A stretch of 64,000 bases of DNA from an uncultured Thiomicrospira sp. (GCA_965195345.1 OZ239628.1:704001-768000), one strand, 5' to 3'. Counted from the first letter of the stretch, positions 11,267 through 21,489 are shown. The notes: generated from the sequence alone by a model not told the origin. Translations and numbers: made by a program.

Positions 11267-13593
11267 GCACATTTGACAGTACAAAACGCCCTTTACGTGA
11301 CATTATTCAAGCTATTAAAAAAGGTGAATACCAATTACCAGATTTTCAAAGGGGATGGGTTTGGGATGATGAACACGTTCGCTCACTTTTAGTAAGTATT
11401 TCTCGTTCATTTCCTATTGGTGCTGTTATGACACTTGAAACTGGCGGTGATGTGAGCTTTCAAGTTAGACCTATTGAAAATGTAAAATTAGATACGCCAG
11501 TTGAACCCGAGAAGTTAATTTTAGATGGGCAACAAAGACTTACTTCATTAACTCAAGTACTCGGGTTAACTGGTCCAGTAAAAACATTCGATCATAAAAA
11601 ATCTGAAGTAGAACGTTATTATTACATCGACATACCTAAAATCCTTGTTGGTGGAGATGTCGATGAAGCATTTTATTCTGTCGGAAAAGAAAAACGTAAA
11701 ACTTCAAATTTTGGTAGAGATATTGAATTGGACCTTTCTACTCCTGAAAAAGAAGTAGAGCAACTTCAATTTCCTTGTAACAAAATCCTCGATTACGATG
11801 ACTGGCAGGACAACTGCTACGAAGCTGATAAATTTCAAGAATTTAAAGCTTTCAAAAAACTCGTTCTTGAACCATTTAGAGATTACAACGTACCTATTAT
11901 TGCTTTGAATAAACATACATCTAAAGAGGCTGTATGCTTGGTTTTCGAAAAAGTGAATACAGGGGGAGTTTCTCTGACCGCATTTGAACTTATCACCGCA
12001 ACATTTGCGGCCGATGGTTATAAATTACGTGAAGATTGGTACGGTGATCCGCAAACCAACGCAGTCGGTCGTTTAGAAAGGCTAAAAGAAAGTAAACTGC
12101 TTAAAGGACTACAACCCACAGATTTCATTCAAGCCATTACGTTATTGCATACATACGAACTAAATAGACTAGCTAAAAGCAAAGGTAAATCTGGTAATCA
12201 ACTTCCAGGCATTAGTTGTAAACGTAAAACCATGCTTAATTTACAGTTGTCCGACTATAAAAAATGGGCTGACAAACTTGAAAATTCATTCCATCTAGCA
12301 GCTAAGTTCTTAAATAAAGAATGTTTTTTTTCTAATAGAGACTTACCTTATCGTACTCAATTAGTGCCTCTTGCAGCTATTATGACTCATTTAGGAGAAA
12401 CATGGTTAGAACCTAAAGTTAACCAGCGTTTAAGCCAATGGTTTTGGTGTGGTGTAATGGGGGAACTCTACGGAAGTGCCATTGAAAATAGATTTGCTAA
12501 TGATTTAGAAGATTTTTTAATCTGGAATACTGATGAAACAAAAATACCTCGTACCGTATTTGATGCTTCATTTCATCCAAACAGGTTGGAAACACTAAGA
12601 ACTAGAAATAGTGCAGCTTATAAAGGTTTACACATATTAACACTACGAAATGGTGCTCAAGACTTCCTTTGGAGAGCAGGGGTTCAAGAACTCGATAATA
12701 TGGGGGAGAGTTTAGATATACATCATTTATTTCCTAAAAAGTGGTGCATCAAGAAAAATATTTCTCGAAGTATTTATGACTCAGCAGTTAATAAGAGCCC
12801 TATATCTTACAAAGCAAATCGTAAAATTGGGGGAGATGCACCTTCAAAATATCTTAATAAAATTCAAAATGACGTCAATGTAGAGTTATCAAATCTAGAA
12901 ATGGATTCCATTTTGGAAACTCATTTAGTTGACCCAGGCGCTTTCAGAAGCGACGACTTCATTAAATTTATTCATCTACGGTCAATAAAGTTAACCGAGT
13001 TAATTTATACCGCTATGGGTAAATTAGATTCATTACCCGAAGATATTAGTTTATTTGCATCTGGCTCAGCTGAACAAGAAAGCCAAATATTAAATAACAA
13101 ACTCAGCCGTGGTGAATCGGAAATGTTAGAGTTTAAATCTTCCATGCGTTGGAATATCAGTGCAAACCAGCAAGATAAGAAAATGGAGGATATTATTTTA
13201 AAAAACATCGCGGCTTTTAGTAATGGTTACGGCGGAACATTGATGATCGGTATAAATGATGATGGAGATGTTTTGGGTTTAAATGCAGATTATTCTACGT
13301 TAAAAGAACCTAATAAAGACCATTTTGAACTTCACCTACGTAATCTGGTTAATTCAAACCTTGGTAAAGATTTCGCTACAGCAAATTTAAATATTAGCTT
13401 TCCGCTTAAAGACGATACTGAATTTTGTCAAATTGAGATTAAACGAGGTAATGAACCTAAGTACCTTGAAATTCCTGATCAAAATGGTCAGAAAATAGAA
13501 AAATTTTATGTGAGGAGTGGTAACTCTTCACAAGAATTATCAATTAATGAAGCCGCAAAATATATTAACTTGCGTTTTAAGGGGGCACGATGA
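11263..13593 (+). CDS. GmrSD-like protein (DUF262 + HNH/DUF1524-like) fused to a C-terminal Schlafen AlbA_2 domain
   Basis: LPDFQRGWVW, LDGQQRLT, FEKVNTGG (DUF262); DIHHLFP...N...N (HNH-like); ESEMLEFKSS, AAFSNGYGGTLMIGIND, YVRSGNSS (AlbA_2, from about 13100). Confidence 0.85.
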   Translation: MSTFDSTKRPLRDIIQAIKKGEYQLPDFQRGWVWDDEHVRSLLVSISRSFPIGAVMTLETGGDVSFQVRPIENVKLDTPVEPEKLILDGQQRLTSLTQVLGLTGPVKTFDHKKSEVERYYYIDIPKILVGGDVDEAFYSVGKEKRKTSNFGRDIELDLSTPEKEVEQLQFPCNKILDYDDWQDNCYEADKFQEFKAFKKLVLEPFRDYNVPIIALNKHTSKEAVCLVFEKVNTGGVSLTAFELITATFAADGYKLREDWYGDPQTNAVGRLERLKESKLLKGLQPTDFIQAITLLHTYELNRLAKSKGKSGNQLPGISCKRKTMLNLQLSDYKKWADKLENSFHLAAKFLNKECFFSNRDLPYRTQLVPLAAIMTHLGETWLEPKVNQRLSQWFWCGVMGELYGSAIENRFANDLEDFLIWNTDETKIPRTVFDASFHPNRLETLRTRNSAAYKGLHILTLRNGAQDFLWRAGVQELDNMGESLDIHHLFPKKWCIKKNISRSIYDSAVNKSPISYKANRKIGGDAPSKYLNKIQNDVNVELSNLEMDSILETHLVDPGAFRSDDFIKFIHLRSIKLTELIYTAMGKLDSLPEDISLFASGSAEQESQILNNKLSRGESEMLEFKSSMRWNISANQQDKKMEDIILKNIAAFSNGYGGTLMIGINDDGDVLGLNADYSTLKEPNKDHFELHLRNLVNSNLGKDFATANLNISFPLKDDTEFCQIEIKRGNEPKYLEIPDQNGQKIEKFYVRSGNSSQELSINEAAKYINLRFKGAR

Positions 13594-15065
13594 CCCAACC
13601 TTCTTTTGATCAAAAAGCCTTAGAAAAATATCTATGGGAAGCCGCTGTTATCCTTAGGGGCACCATAGATGCGGGGGATTACAAGCAATACATTTTTCCG
13701 CTCATGTTCTTTAAACGGCTCTCTGATGTGTACGATGAAGAGTTTAACAATGCCTTGCGCGATAGTGATGAGGATTTAGAATACGCCGCGTTTACTGAAA
13801 ATCATCACTTTCAAATACCGGACGGTGCGCACTGGAAAGATGTGCGTGAAACCACTACCAACATTGGTTTGGCACTACAAAACGCGATGCGTGCCATTGA
13901 AAAGGCAAACCCAGACACCCTTGAAGGTATTTTTGGTGATGCTAGTTGGACCAATAAAGACCGCCTAACTGACGCCATGCTCACCAACTTAATTGAGCAT
14001 TATTCACAGCACACACTTGATTTAAAAAATGTGCCAGATGACAAGTTAGGTAATGCTTACGAGTACTTAATCAAAGAGTTTGCTGACGATAGTGGCCACA
14101 CCGCCGCAGAGTTTTACACCAACCGTACTGTGGTTAAATTAATGACCATGATAATGGACCCACAACCGGGTGAGTCCGTGTATGACCCTACTTGTGGCTC
14201 GGGTGGTTTATTACTTAACTGTGCTTTGCATCTTAAAGATGAAGGCAAAGAATACCGCACGCTTAAATTATACGGACAAGAGATTAACCTATTAACCTCA
14301 GCCATTGCCCGTATGAACATGTTTATGCACGGCATTGAAGAGTTCGATATTGTCCGTGGTAATACCTTGAGTAATCCAGCTTTGCTTGAAAACGATGAGC
14401 TGAAAAAATTCAACGTGATTCTCGCCAACCCGCCTTATTCAATTAAATCATGGGATAGAAAGAGCTTTGAAAGCGATCCATATGGCCGTAATGTATGGGG
14501 CACACCACCGCAAGGTTGTGCGGATTATGCCTTTCAACAACATATTCAAAAAAGTCTTAATTTAGATAATGGCCGTTCAATTTCATTATGGCCACACGGC
14601 ATTTTGTTCCGTGATGCAGAAGCCGAAATACGTAAAAAAATGATTGAACAAGACCAAGTTGAATGTGTCATTGGTCTTGGTCCAAATCTATTTTATAACT
14701 CGCCTATGGAAGCATGTCTGTTAATTACTAAAACAAGCAAAGACGAAAATAAAAAAGGCAAAGTACTGATCATTAATGCGGTGAAAGAAGTTAAGCAAGA
14801 TAAGAATATCGCCTACCTTGAACAAAGCCATATTAAACGTATTTACAATGCTTATAAAAATTATGCTGATGAAGATGGTTTTAGCAAAGTCGTTACCATA
14901 GACGAAGTTCTCAAGTTTAAAGCCAGCTTAAACATGGCGCTTTATGTTAGTAATGTTGATAACAGTAAAACACAAATACCATTAGATGATGCACTCGCTA
15001 ACTGGCAAACATCATCAAAGCAGTTATCAAGTAGTATGGAACAGTTATTTAAGGAATTAGGTTAA
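13590..15065 (+). CDS. hsdM: Type I R-M methyltransferase subunit M2 (NPPY motif IV)
   Basis: YIFPLMFFKRLSD, AEFYTN, YDPTCGSGG, NPPY; clear paralogue of M1. Confidence 0.95.
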   Translation: MTQPSFDQKALEKYLWEAAVILRGTIDAGDYKQYIFPLMFFKRLSDVYDEEFNNALRDSDEDLEYAAFTENHHFQIPDGAHWKDVRETTTNIGLALQNAMRAIEKANPDTLEGIFGDASWTNKDRLTDAMLTNLIEHYSQHTLDLKNVPDDKLGNAYEYLIKEFADDSGHTAAEFYTNRTVVKLMTMIMDPQPGESVYDPTCGSGGLLLNCALHLKDEGKEYRTLKLYGQEINLLTSAIARMNMFMHGIEEFDIVRGNTLSNPALLENDELKKFNVILANPPYSIKSWDRKSFESDPYGRNVWGTPPQGCADYAFQQHIQKSLNLDNGRSISLWPHGILFRDAEAEIRKKMIEQDQVECVIGLGPNLFYNSPMEACLLITKTSKDENKKGKVLIINAVKEVKQDKNIAYLEQSHIKRIYNAYKNYADEDGFSKVVTIDEVLKFKASLNMALYVSNVDNSKTQIPLDDALANWQTSSKQLSSSMEQLFKELG

Positions 15066-16223
15066 ATGTCAAAAGTTAAGACAGATTTAAAAATTGACCT
15101 AAATAATTTGAATAAATCCAGCTGGAAAACTTACCGCTTTGATGAAATTGCTCAAAACATTTCAGAGCGAGTTGATCCTAATAATACCGATTTAAAAGTA
15201 TATATTGGCCTTGAACATATTGACTCTGAATCCTTACACATAAAGCGACACGGCACCTCTGATGATGTAAATGGTCAGAAATTAAAGTTTTATAAAGGTG
15301 ATGTTATTTTTGGTCGTCGCCGTGCGTATCAGCGTAAAGCAGGAATTGCTACTTGGGATGGTTTTTGTTCAGCACACGCTTTAGTGCTTAGGGCTAATCC
15401 TGATGTAATTGACCCAGAGTTATTTCCATTTTTTATGCATTCAGATTTGTTCATGAATCGTGCTATTGACATCTCAGTGGGTTCCTTATCACCAACGATT
15501 AATTGGGGGACACTCAAGCATCAAGAATTTTTGCTTCCACCGAAGGAAATTCAGGCAAACGTCATAAAGTTATTATCTACGATGGACTGCGTTATTCAAA
15601 AAAATAAAAATACTATATCGGCATTGAAGACTGCAAAGAAATCAAAGTTAAAATCATATTTTTCAAATGAAATTGAATATAAACAAATCAGAGATATTGG
15701 TGAAATTGTCACAGGTTCAACGCCTTCAACTAAAAAAGAAGAATATTGGGGGGAAGATTTTCAGTTTGTAACACCTGCGGATATTTCAGATGATACTTTT
15801 TCTGTGTTTGATACAGAAAGGAAGATTACAAGCGAAGGCTTATCTGTTTCGAGAGAAATTCCTGCCGATAGTTTAATGGTAGTTTGCATTGCATCTATTG
15901 GAAAATTAGCAATATCACAAGAAAAGTGTGGAACAAATCAACAAATCAACACAATTATTCCTAATGATGGAATAGAGGTTAAATATTTATACGAGGTGTT
16001 AGAACTTTTCAACGAGTTAATTACATCTAAAGCAGCAAAATCAGTTGTTCCAATTTTAAACAAAGGTGATTTTGGATTAATAAAAATACCAATTCTTAAT
16101 CCTGATTTAAGAAGTCAGTTATTAAATGAATCTGAATATTTTGATAATGCTATTCAAAACTCGACAGTAAATATAAAAAATAGCGAACAACTACATATAA
16201 GTATTATAAATAAGGTGTTTTAG
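15066..16223 (+). CDS. hsdS: Type I R-M specificity subunit
   Basis: Two-TRD layout with conserved spacers (LPPKEIQ, IVTGSTPST, NQQIN, IKIPI); lies between hsdM and hsdR. Confidence 0.9.
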   Translation: MSKVKTDLKIDLNNLNKSSWKTYRFDEIAQNISERVDPNNTDLKVYIGLEHIDSESLHIKRHGTSDDVNGQKLKFYKGDVIFGRRRAYQRKAGIATWDGFCSAHALVLRANPDVIDPELFPFFMHSDLFMNRAIDISVGSLSPTINWGTLKHQEFLLPPKEIQANVIKLLSTMDCVIQKNKNTISALKTAKKSKLKSYFSNEIEYKQIRDIGEIVTGSTPSTKKEEYWGEDFQFVTPADISDDTFSVFDTERKITSEGLSVSREIPADSLMVVCIASIGKLAISQEKCGTNQQINTIIPNDGIEVKYLYEVLELFNELITSKAAKSVVPILNKGDFGLIKIPILNPDLRSQLLNESEYFDNAIQNSTVNIKNSEQLHISIINKVF

Positions 16224-16225
16224 GT

Positions 16226-19207
16226 ATGGGATTTACTGAATTAAATAGTGTGGAGCACTACATCATCCATCAAATGAGTGGCGTTAACTTAAACGCTTCT
16301 CAAGAGAGTAACCAAATTAGCGAACCTCATGGCCAATACGGTTTGCAATGGCAATTCCAATCGGCTGAGCAGATTGGGCAGCTTGACCGTGGTGTTAACG
16401 AGGTTTTAGTTGAGTCTGTATTGGTTAGGGCATTAATTCGTCTTAACCCTGAGATTGAAGCTAATCCTAATTTAGCAGATGAAGTAATACATAAACTCCG
16501 TGCTATTCTAATTTCGGTCAATCAAGTGGGCTTAGTGATGGCCAATGAAGAATTTTTTGCTTGGATGACAGGCGAAAAAACCATGCCGTTTGGTGAAAAT
16601 AACCGCCATGTGCCTGTAAAGCTAATCGACTTTGATGATTTAACCCGCAACGATTATGTCGTGACGAATCAGTTTCGCATTCATCACAAAGAAACAAAAA
16701 TACCTGATGTAGTATTAATGATTAATGGTATTCCGGTGGTGGTCGGTGAAGCTAAAACACCAATTCGCCCATCAGTAACGTGGTTAGACGGCGCGCATGA
16801 AATACACAACATTTATGAAAATGCTGTACCACAATTGTTTGTGCCTAATATTTTATCGTTTGCTACCGAAGGCAAAGAATTGTTTTATGGTGCCATAAAA
16901 TGCCCGTTAGAGTTTTGGGCACCTTGGCGTGTTGAGGATGATCAACTAAGCCGCTCTGTTGGTTTATCGAGTGTTGGCGCAGAGCTGACCAATTTATTAA
17001 GCCCAGTGCGCTTGCTTGATATTATGCGTAATTTCTCATTGTTTACAACGAATAAAAAGAAACACCGCACTAAGATAATACCTCGTTTTCAGCAATACGA
17101 AGGGGCTAATAAAATTGTTGAGCGTGTGATTGACGGTAGGATTAAAAAAGGTTTAATTTGGCATTTTCAAGGCTCAGGTAAATCATTGTTAATGGTGTTT
17201 GCTGCACAAAAACTTCGCCGTGCTGCACAGCTTAAAAGCCCAACCGTCATTGTGTTGGTCGATAGAACCGATTTAGATACCCAAATTAGCAGCACATTTA
17301 ATGCCGCCGATATCGCTAATGTGGAGTCAACCGATAGCATTAAAGAATTACAACAAATGCTTGAGCGTGATACCCGTAAGATTATTATCTCAATGATTCA
17401 CAAATTCCGTGATGCTAAACCTAATATGAATGAACGTGAGAATATCATTGTATTAGTGGACGAGGCGCATCGCACCCAAGAAGGTGATTTAGGTCGTCAA
17501 ATGCGTGCCGCTTTACCCAATGCTTTCTTATTTGGTTTAACTGGGACGCCCGTAAACAAAGCGGATAAAAATACTTTTTGGGCATTTGGTGCCGAAGAAG
17601 ATAAAGGCGGTTATATGTCACGTTACACCTTCCATGACTCCATTCGTGATGATGCCACATTGCCATTACACTTTGAGCCACGTTTAGTTGATGTGCATGT
17701 GGATACCCAAGCTCTTGACCAAGCATTTGCTGAATTTAAAGAAAGCGCGGCATTAAACGATGAAGAAGCCGATGCGCTCAATAAAAAATCAGCCAGTATG
17801 GCAACCTTTTTAAAATCACCTGAACGTATTGCCAAAATAGCGAAAGACATAGCTGAACACTTTAAAAACAAATTAGCACCACAGGGCTTTAAGGCTATGA
17901 TAGTCACGCCAGACAGGCATGCCTGTGTGCAGTATAAAGAAGCGTTAGATAACTACTTCTCAACAGAGGCCAGTAAAGTGGTTATTTCAACCACCGCGAA
18001 TGATGACTTTGAATTTAAGGAAAAGTGGGGAATAGACAAGAGCCAACAAGAAAAAATTGTTGATGAGTTTAACGCTGTGGATTCTGACCTTAAATTTATT
18101 ATTGTTACTGCTAAATTGTTAACGGGTTTTGATGCACCGATTTGTCAAACAATATACTTAGACAAATCATTAAAAGATCATACCTTGTTGCAGGCAATAT
18201 GTCGTACCAACCGTTTATATCCGAATAAGGCGTTTGGCTGTATTGTTGATTACTTTGGTGTTTTTGACGATGCCACAAAAGCATTAGCGTTTGATGAAGA
18301 GAGCATCAAGCAGGTTATTACTAACTTAAGTGAATTACGCTCTCGTTTACCACAAGCAATGGCTGACTCATTAAAACACTTTGATGGCGTAGATAGAACG
18401 CTTGATGGGTTTGAGGGCTTAGAAGCTGCACAAAATGCTATTGGTACTGACGACAAAAAAGATGCCTTTGCAAAAGATTTCAAGTACCTGTCAAAGCTAT
18501 GGGAATCATTATCACCAGATAATATTTTAGACCTATATAACCAAGACTATAAATGGTTAGCGCAAGTATTTGAATCAGTAAAACCAGCTTCAGATAATGT
18601 AGGTAAGATGCTGTGGTTAGCACTTGGTGCACAAACCACTCAGCTAATACATGAAAACATTCATGTAGGTGAAGTACATACCTTGGATGAGTTTGTACTT
18701 GATGCGGATGTGATTGAAAATATATTCAACAATCCAGAGCCAAAAAAGATCAAGCAACTCGAAAAAGACTTAATCCAACGCTTTAAAAATCACGGTGGCA
18801 GTGCCGAATTTAAAAAGCTCAGTAAACGTTTAGAAGAACTGCGCGATAAAGCAGAAAAAGGTTTAATTACCTCAATAGAATTCGTTAAAGAGCTGTGCGC
18901 AATTGCCAAAGAGACGATATCCGCCGAAAAAGAATTACAGCAAGAAGCACAAGAAAAATCACCTAAAGCCGCATTGACAGAGCTGTTTTTAGAGTTAAAG
19001 ACTGAGAAAACACCAGCTGTAGTTGAGCGTATTGTTACCGACATTGATGCCATTGTTCGAGTTGTGAAATTCCCTGGTTGGCAAAACACCACAGGCGGAG
19101 AACGCGAAGTACAAAAATCACTGCGCAAAGCATTACTTAAATACAAATTACATACTGATCAAATTTTGTTTGATAGAGCTTATGCCTATATCAAAGAGTA
19201 TTATTAA
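16226..19207 (+). CDS. hsdR: Type I R-M restriction subunit
   Basis: PD-(x)-EAK nuclease motif, QGSGKS Walker A, DEAHR, LTGTP, LLTGFDAP, QAICRTNR helicase motifs. Confidence 0.96.
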   Translation: MGFTELNSVEHYIIHQMSGVNLNASQESNQISEPHGQYGLQWQFQSAEQIGQLDRGVNEVLVESVLVRALIRLNPEIEANPNLADEVIHKLRAILISVNQVGLVMANEEFFAWMTGEKTMPFGENNRHVPVKLIDFDDLTRNDYVVTNQFRIHHKETKIPDVVLMINGIPVVVGEAKTPIRPSVTWLDGAHEIHNIYENAVPQLFVPNILSFATEGKELFYGAIKCPLEFWAPWRVEDDQLSRSVGLSSVGAELTNLLSPVRLLDIMRNFSLFTTNKKKHRTKIIPRFQQYEGANKIVERVIDGRIKKGLIWHFQGSGKSLLMVFAAQKLRRAAQLKSPTVIVLVDRTDLDTQISSTFNAADIANVESTDSIKELQQMLERDTRKIIISMIHKFRDAKPNMNERENIIVLVDEAHRTQEGDLGRQMRAALPNAFLFGLTGTPVNKADKNTFWAFGAEEDKGGYMSRYTFHDSIRDDATLPLHFEPRLVDVHVDTQALDQAFAEFKESAALNDEEADALNKKSASMATFLKSPERIAKIAKDIAEHFKNKLAPQGFKAMIVTPDRHACVQYKEALDNYFSTEASKVVISTTANDDFEFKEKWGIDKSQQEKIVDEFNAVDSDLKFIIVTAKLLTGFDAPICQTIYLDKSLKDHTLLQAICRTNRLYPNKAFGCIVDYFGVFDDATKALAFDEESIKQVITNLSELRSRLPQAMADSLKHFDGVDRTLDGFEGLEAAQNAIGTDDKKDAFAKDFKYLSKLWESLSPDNILDLYNQDYKWLAQVFESVKPASDNVGKMLWLALGAQTTQLIHENIHVGEVHTLDEFVLDADVIENIFNNPEPKKIKQLEKDLIQRFKNHGGSAEFKKLSKRLEELRDKAEKGLITSIEFVKELCAIAKETISAEKELQQEAQEKSPKAALTELFLELKTEKTPAVVERIVTDIDAIVRVVKFPGWQNTTGGEREVQKSLRKALLKYKLHTDQILFDRAYAYIKEYY

Positions 19208-19504
19208 GGTGTTCTGGATAGTTAGATTTCCTTGTTAATTACCTTATTTTAAAATCATTCATCCTATGCTTAGTAAGTCTAGTATCTACAGAGTTTAGGG
19301 GACTATTTTTTGAAAAGCATCGCTTTAAATCACTGTAATTTTTTTATCGCTGTATTTTGACGATTATTAGTAATCTTGATTTTGTTTGAGCATTGCCAAT
19401 ATTTGACTGTTTGAATGTCTTTATTTACGCATAGAAAACTAATCTATTCCTCAAAAACCGCATCATGAGATGGATGATATTTCCGATAATCCTAAAAGGT
19501 CTCA

Positions 19505-19588
19505 ATGAAAAGAAGATACAGCCAAGAACAAATAATCAAGGCAATCAAACGCCATGAATCAGGGTTAAAATTTGAAAAAGCAGCGTGA
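19505..19588 (+). mobile_element. IS3-family transposase OrfA N-terminal remnant
   Basis: MKRRYSQEQIIKAIKRHESGLK resembles IS3/IS407-group OrfA starts. A KPHS...LGGNTP fragment like an OrfB C-terminus follows. No intact transposase. Confidence 0.5.
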
Positions 19589-19775
19589 AATGATTAAACC
19601 GCATTCAAATACTGGTGCTTATTTGGGGGGCAATACACCCATCCAGTAACAGACTACTTAAAATCAAATTTTGAAAAAAAATAGCTCATAAAGTTCAGCA
19701 TCAACAGTCAAAAAAACGCACAGTGGTTTATCGACCTGTCTGCATACTATTGATATGAAATTTCTTTATTTATTA

Positions 19776-20864
19776 CTACTGTGACACAATTTTCAAGAGA
19801 TGAGTGAATGATAATATTGCTGAGGTTCTACCACTTGCAGGGCGTAGTTCATCTATGATGCCGGCTTGCTTTAATTCACGAATATACTGCGCAGCACGTT
19901 GCCGTTGAATTCTTAGTATTTTGTGTGCATCAGTTGCTCGAAAAATCGGTGTATTGAATAACATATCTAATAAGAATATTGATTGATCCGAGCGAATCAC
20001 ATCTAGCATCTCCTTCTTTTTATAATCATAAAGCTCAATGATTTTTCTAACTAGTATCAGATTTTTTTCAGATTGTTCAACTACAGCGTTTAGAAAAAAA
20101 TCAACCCACCCTAGCCAATCATTTTGACGAGAAATATTTTCTAGTTTTTGATAGTAAGTATCTCGATTAGATTCGAAATATTCACTGAGATAGAAGGACG
20201 GACTGACAACGCTACCCTTTCTAGCAAGAAACAACGGAATCAAGATGCGTCCAATTCGGCCATTACCATCATCGAATGGGTGAATTAACTCAAATTGTGC
20301 ATGTATGAGTGCTGCCTGAATAATTGGGTCTAGAGTATCGTCGTTCAAGTTAACGAAACCAATAAATTGCTCTAAAAGATCCTGCAAAATATAAGGTGCA
20401 GGAGGTACGTAAGTGGCTTGCTCAATCGTACATCCTCGCGGTCCAATCCAGTTTTGGGTCGCACGGAATCGCCCTGGATTTTTATCTTCTCCACGAACTC
20501 CTTGCATGAGGTTTTCATGCATTTGTCTTAGCATGTGGAGTGTCAGTGGCTTGTCTTTTAACTCAGATCCAGCTATTCTGAGAGTGCTCCTATAATTTAT
20601 GATTTCTTGTATATCGGCACTCTTTTCAGGATCAAATTTTTCTCCAGCCTGTTGCTGATACACCTCGTTCGCAGTGGCGATAGTCCCTTCTATCCTTGAT
20701 GATAGTTCTGCTTCCTTCATTATTAACGGTGAAAGTAGTACATCTGGATTTACAAGGCTTTCTAATAGACCATCATAACGGGATATACAAGCATTTGCCC
20801 TACCGACCAAGGCGATGCTATTGCTTAAGTCCAACTTTTTTGGCGGGAAGTAGTTGAGGTTCAT
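19776..20864 (-). CDS. Fic family protein (Fic_N + Fic + C-terminal HTH-like region)
   Basis: EAELSSRIEG and the canonical HPFDDGNGRIGR motif. Start chosen at ATG 20864; the ORF track extends to 20927. Confidence 0.92.
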   Translation of the reverse strand: MNLNYFPPKKLDLSNSIALVGRANACISRYDGLLESLVNPDVLLSPLIMKEAELSSRIEGTIATANEVYQQQAGEKFDPEKSADIQEIINYRSTLRIAGSELKDKPLTLHMLRQMHENLMQGVRGEDKNPGRFRATQNWIGPRGCTIEQATYVPPAPYILQDLLEQFIGFVNLNDDTLDPIIQAALIHAQFELIHPFDDGNGRIGRILIPLFLARKGSVVSPSFYLSEYFESNRDTYYQKLENISRQNDWLGWVDFFLNAVVEQSEKNLILVRKIIELYDYKKKEMLDVIRSDQSIFLLDMLFNTPIFRATDAHKILRIQRQRAAQYIRELKQAGIIDELRPASGRTSAILSFTHLLKIVSQ

Positions 20865-20881
20865 TTCTGTATGATAGAAGA

Positions 20882-20941
20882 TACACAAAGTGGTTTGTGT
20901 AACATGAATTGACATTATAACATACACAAAAGACTTTGTGT
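20882..20941 (-). promoter_or_regulatory. Extended -10 promoter (TGnTATAAT) flanked by two ACACAAA-N4-TTTGTGT palindromic operators
   Basis: Palindromes at 20883-20900 and 20924-20941; minus-strand TATAAT at 20919-20914 preceded by TGT. Confidence 0.7.
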
Positions 20942-21135
20942 CCGGTACAACAACTACTAATAGAGAGATCAGAGGTGGAAGAGTGCGATCAGGTGATCAA
21001 AAATCAGTTCAAGCTAATTGAGGTTTGAATTTAGAGCGCACAAACAACTCCAAGATTCTCTTAGTAGAACAAATAATTACAGCAACGAGAATACTAATAC
21101 AAGATGGTGCATTCTCTGCACTGATCACGATCGCT

Positions 21136-21489
21136 CTATGTCTCTTGGACGAACATCACGGTGTTCCCAGCTGGATCGCTGACTTGAGCAAGTTTTATAA
21201 ATCCTAAGTCCTGCGTTTCGCTAGGGGTTACACCAGCGTTTTCACAAACTGCCCTCTGTACTTCGATATCGTGGACACTACAAACTACAAATGATTTACC
21301 TGCAAGGCTTGAGTCAGGAGCAACCGAAACCTGAATCCAAGCATTTTCTACCAGCTTCCATTCGGCGATTCCCTCATCAGGCGTAACATCAGGCTCGCGC
21401 CCAAGCCATTTGGCGTACCATTCGACAGCTTCAGCGAAATCATTCACGTGAAGAACGGAGACTACACTCGTGAAATTATTATTGGGCAT
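21136..21489 (-). CDS. VOC/glyoxalase/bleomycin-resistance family protein
   Basis: V.DFAEAVEWYAKWLGR...AEW...DPAGNTV pattern; AAGGA RBS. Confidence 0.85.
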   Translation of the reverse strand: MPNNNFTSVVSVLHVNDFAEAVEWYAKWLGREPDVTPDEGIAEWKLVENAWIQVSVAPDSSLAGKSFVVCSVHDIEVQRAVCENAGVTPSETQDLGFIKLAQVSDPAGNTVMFVQET

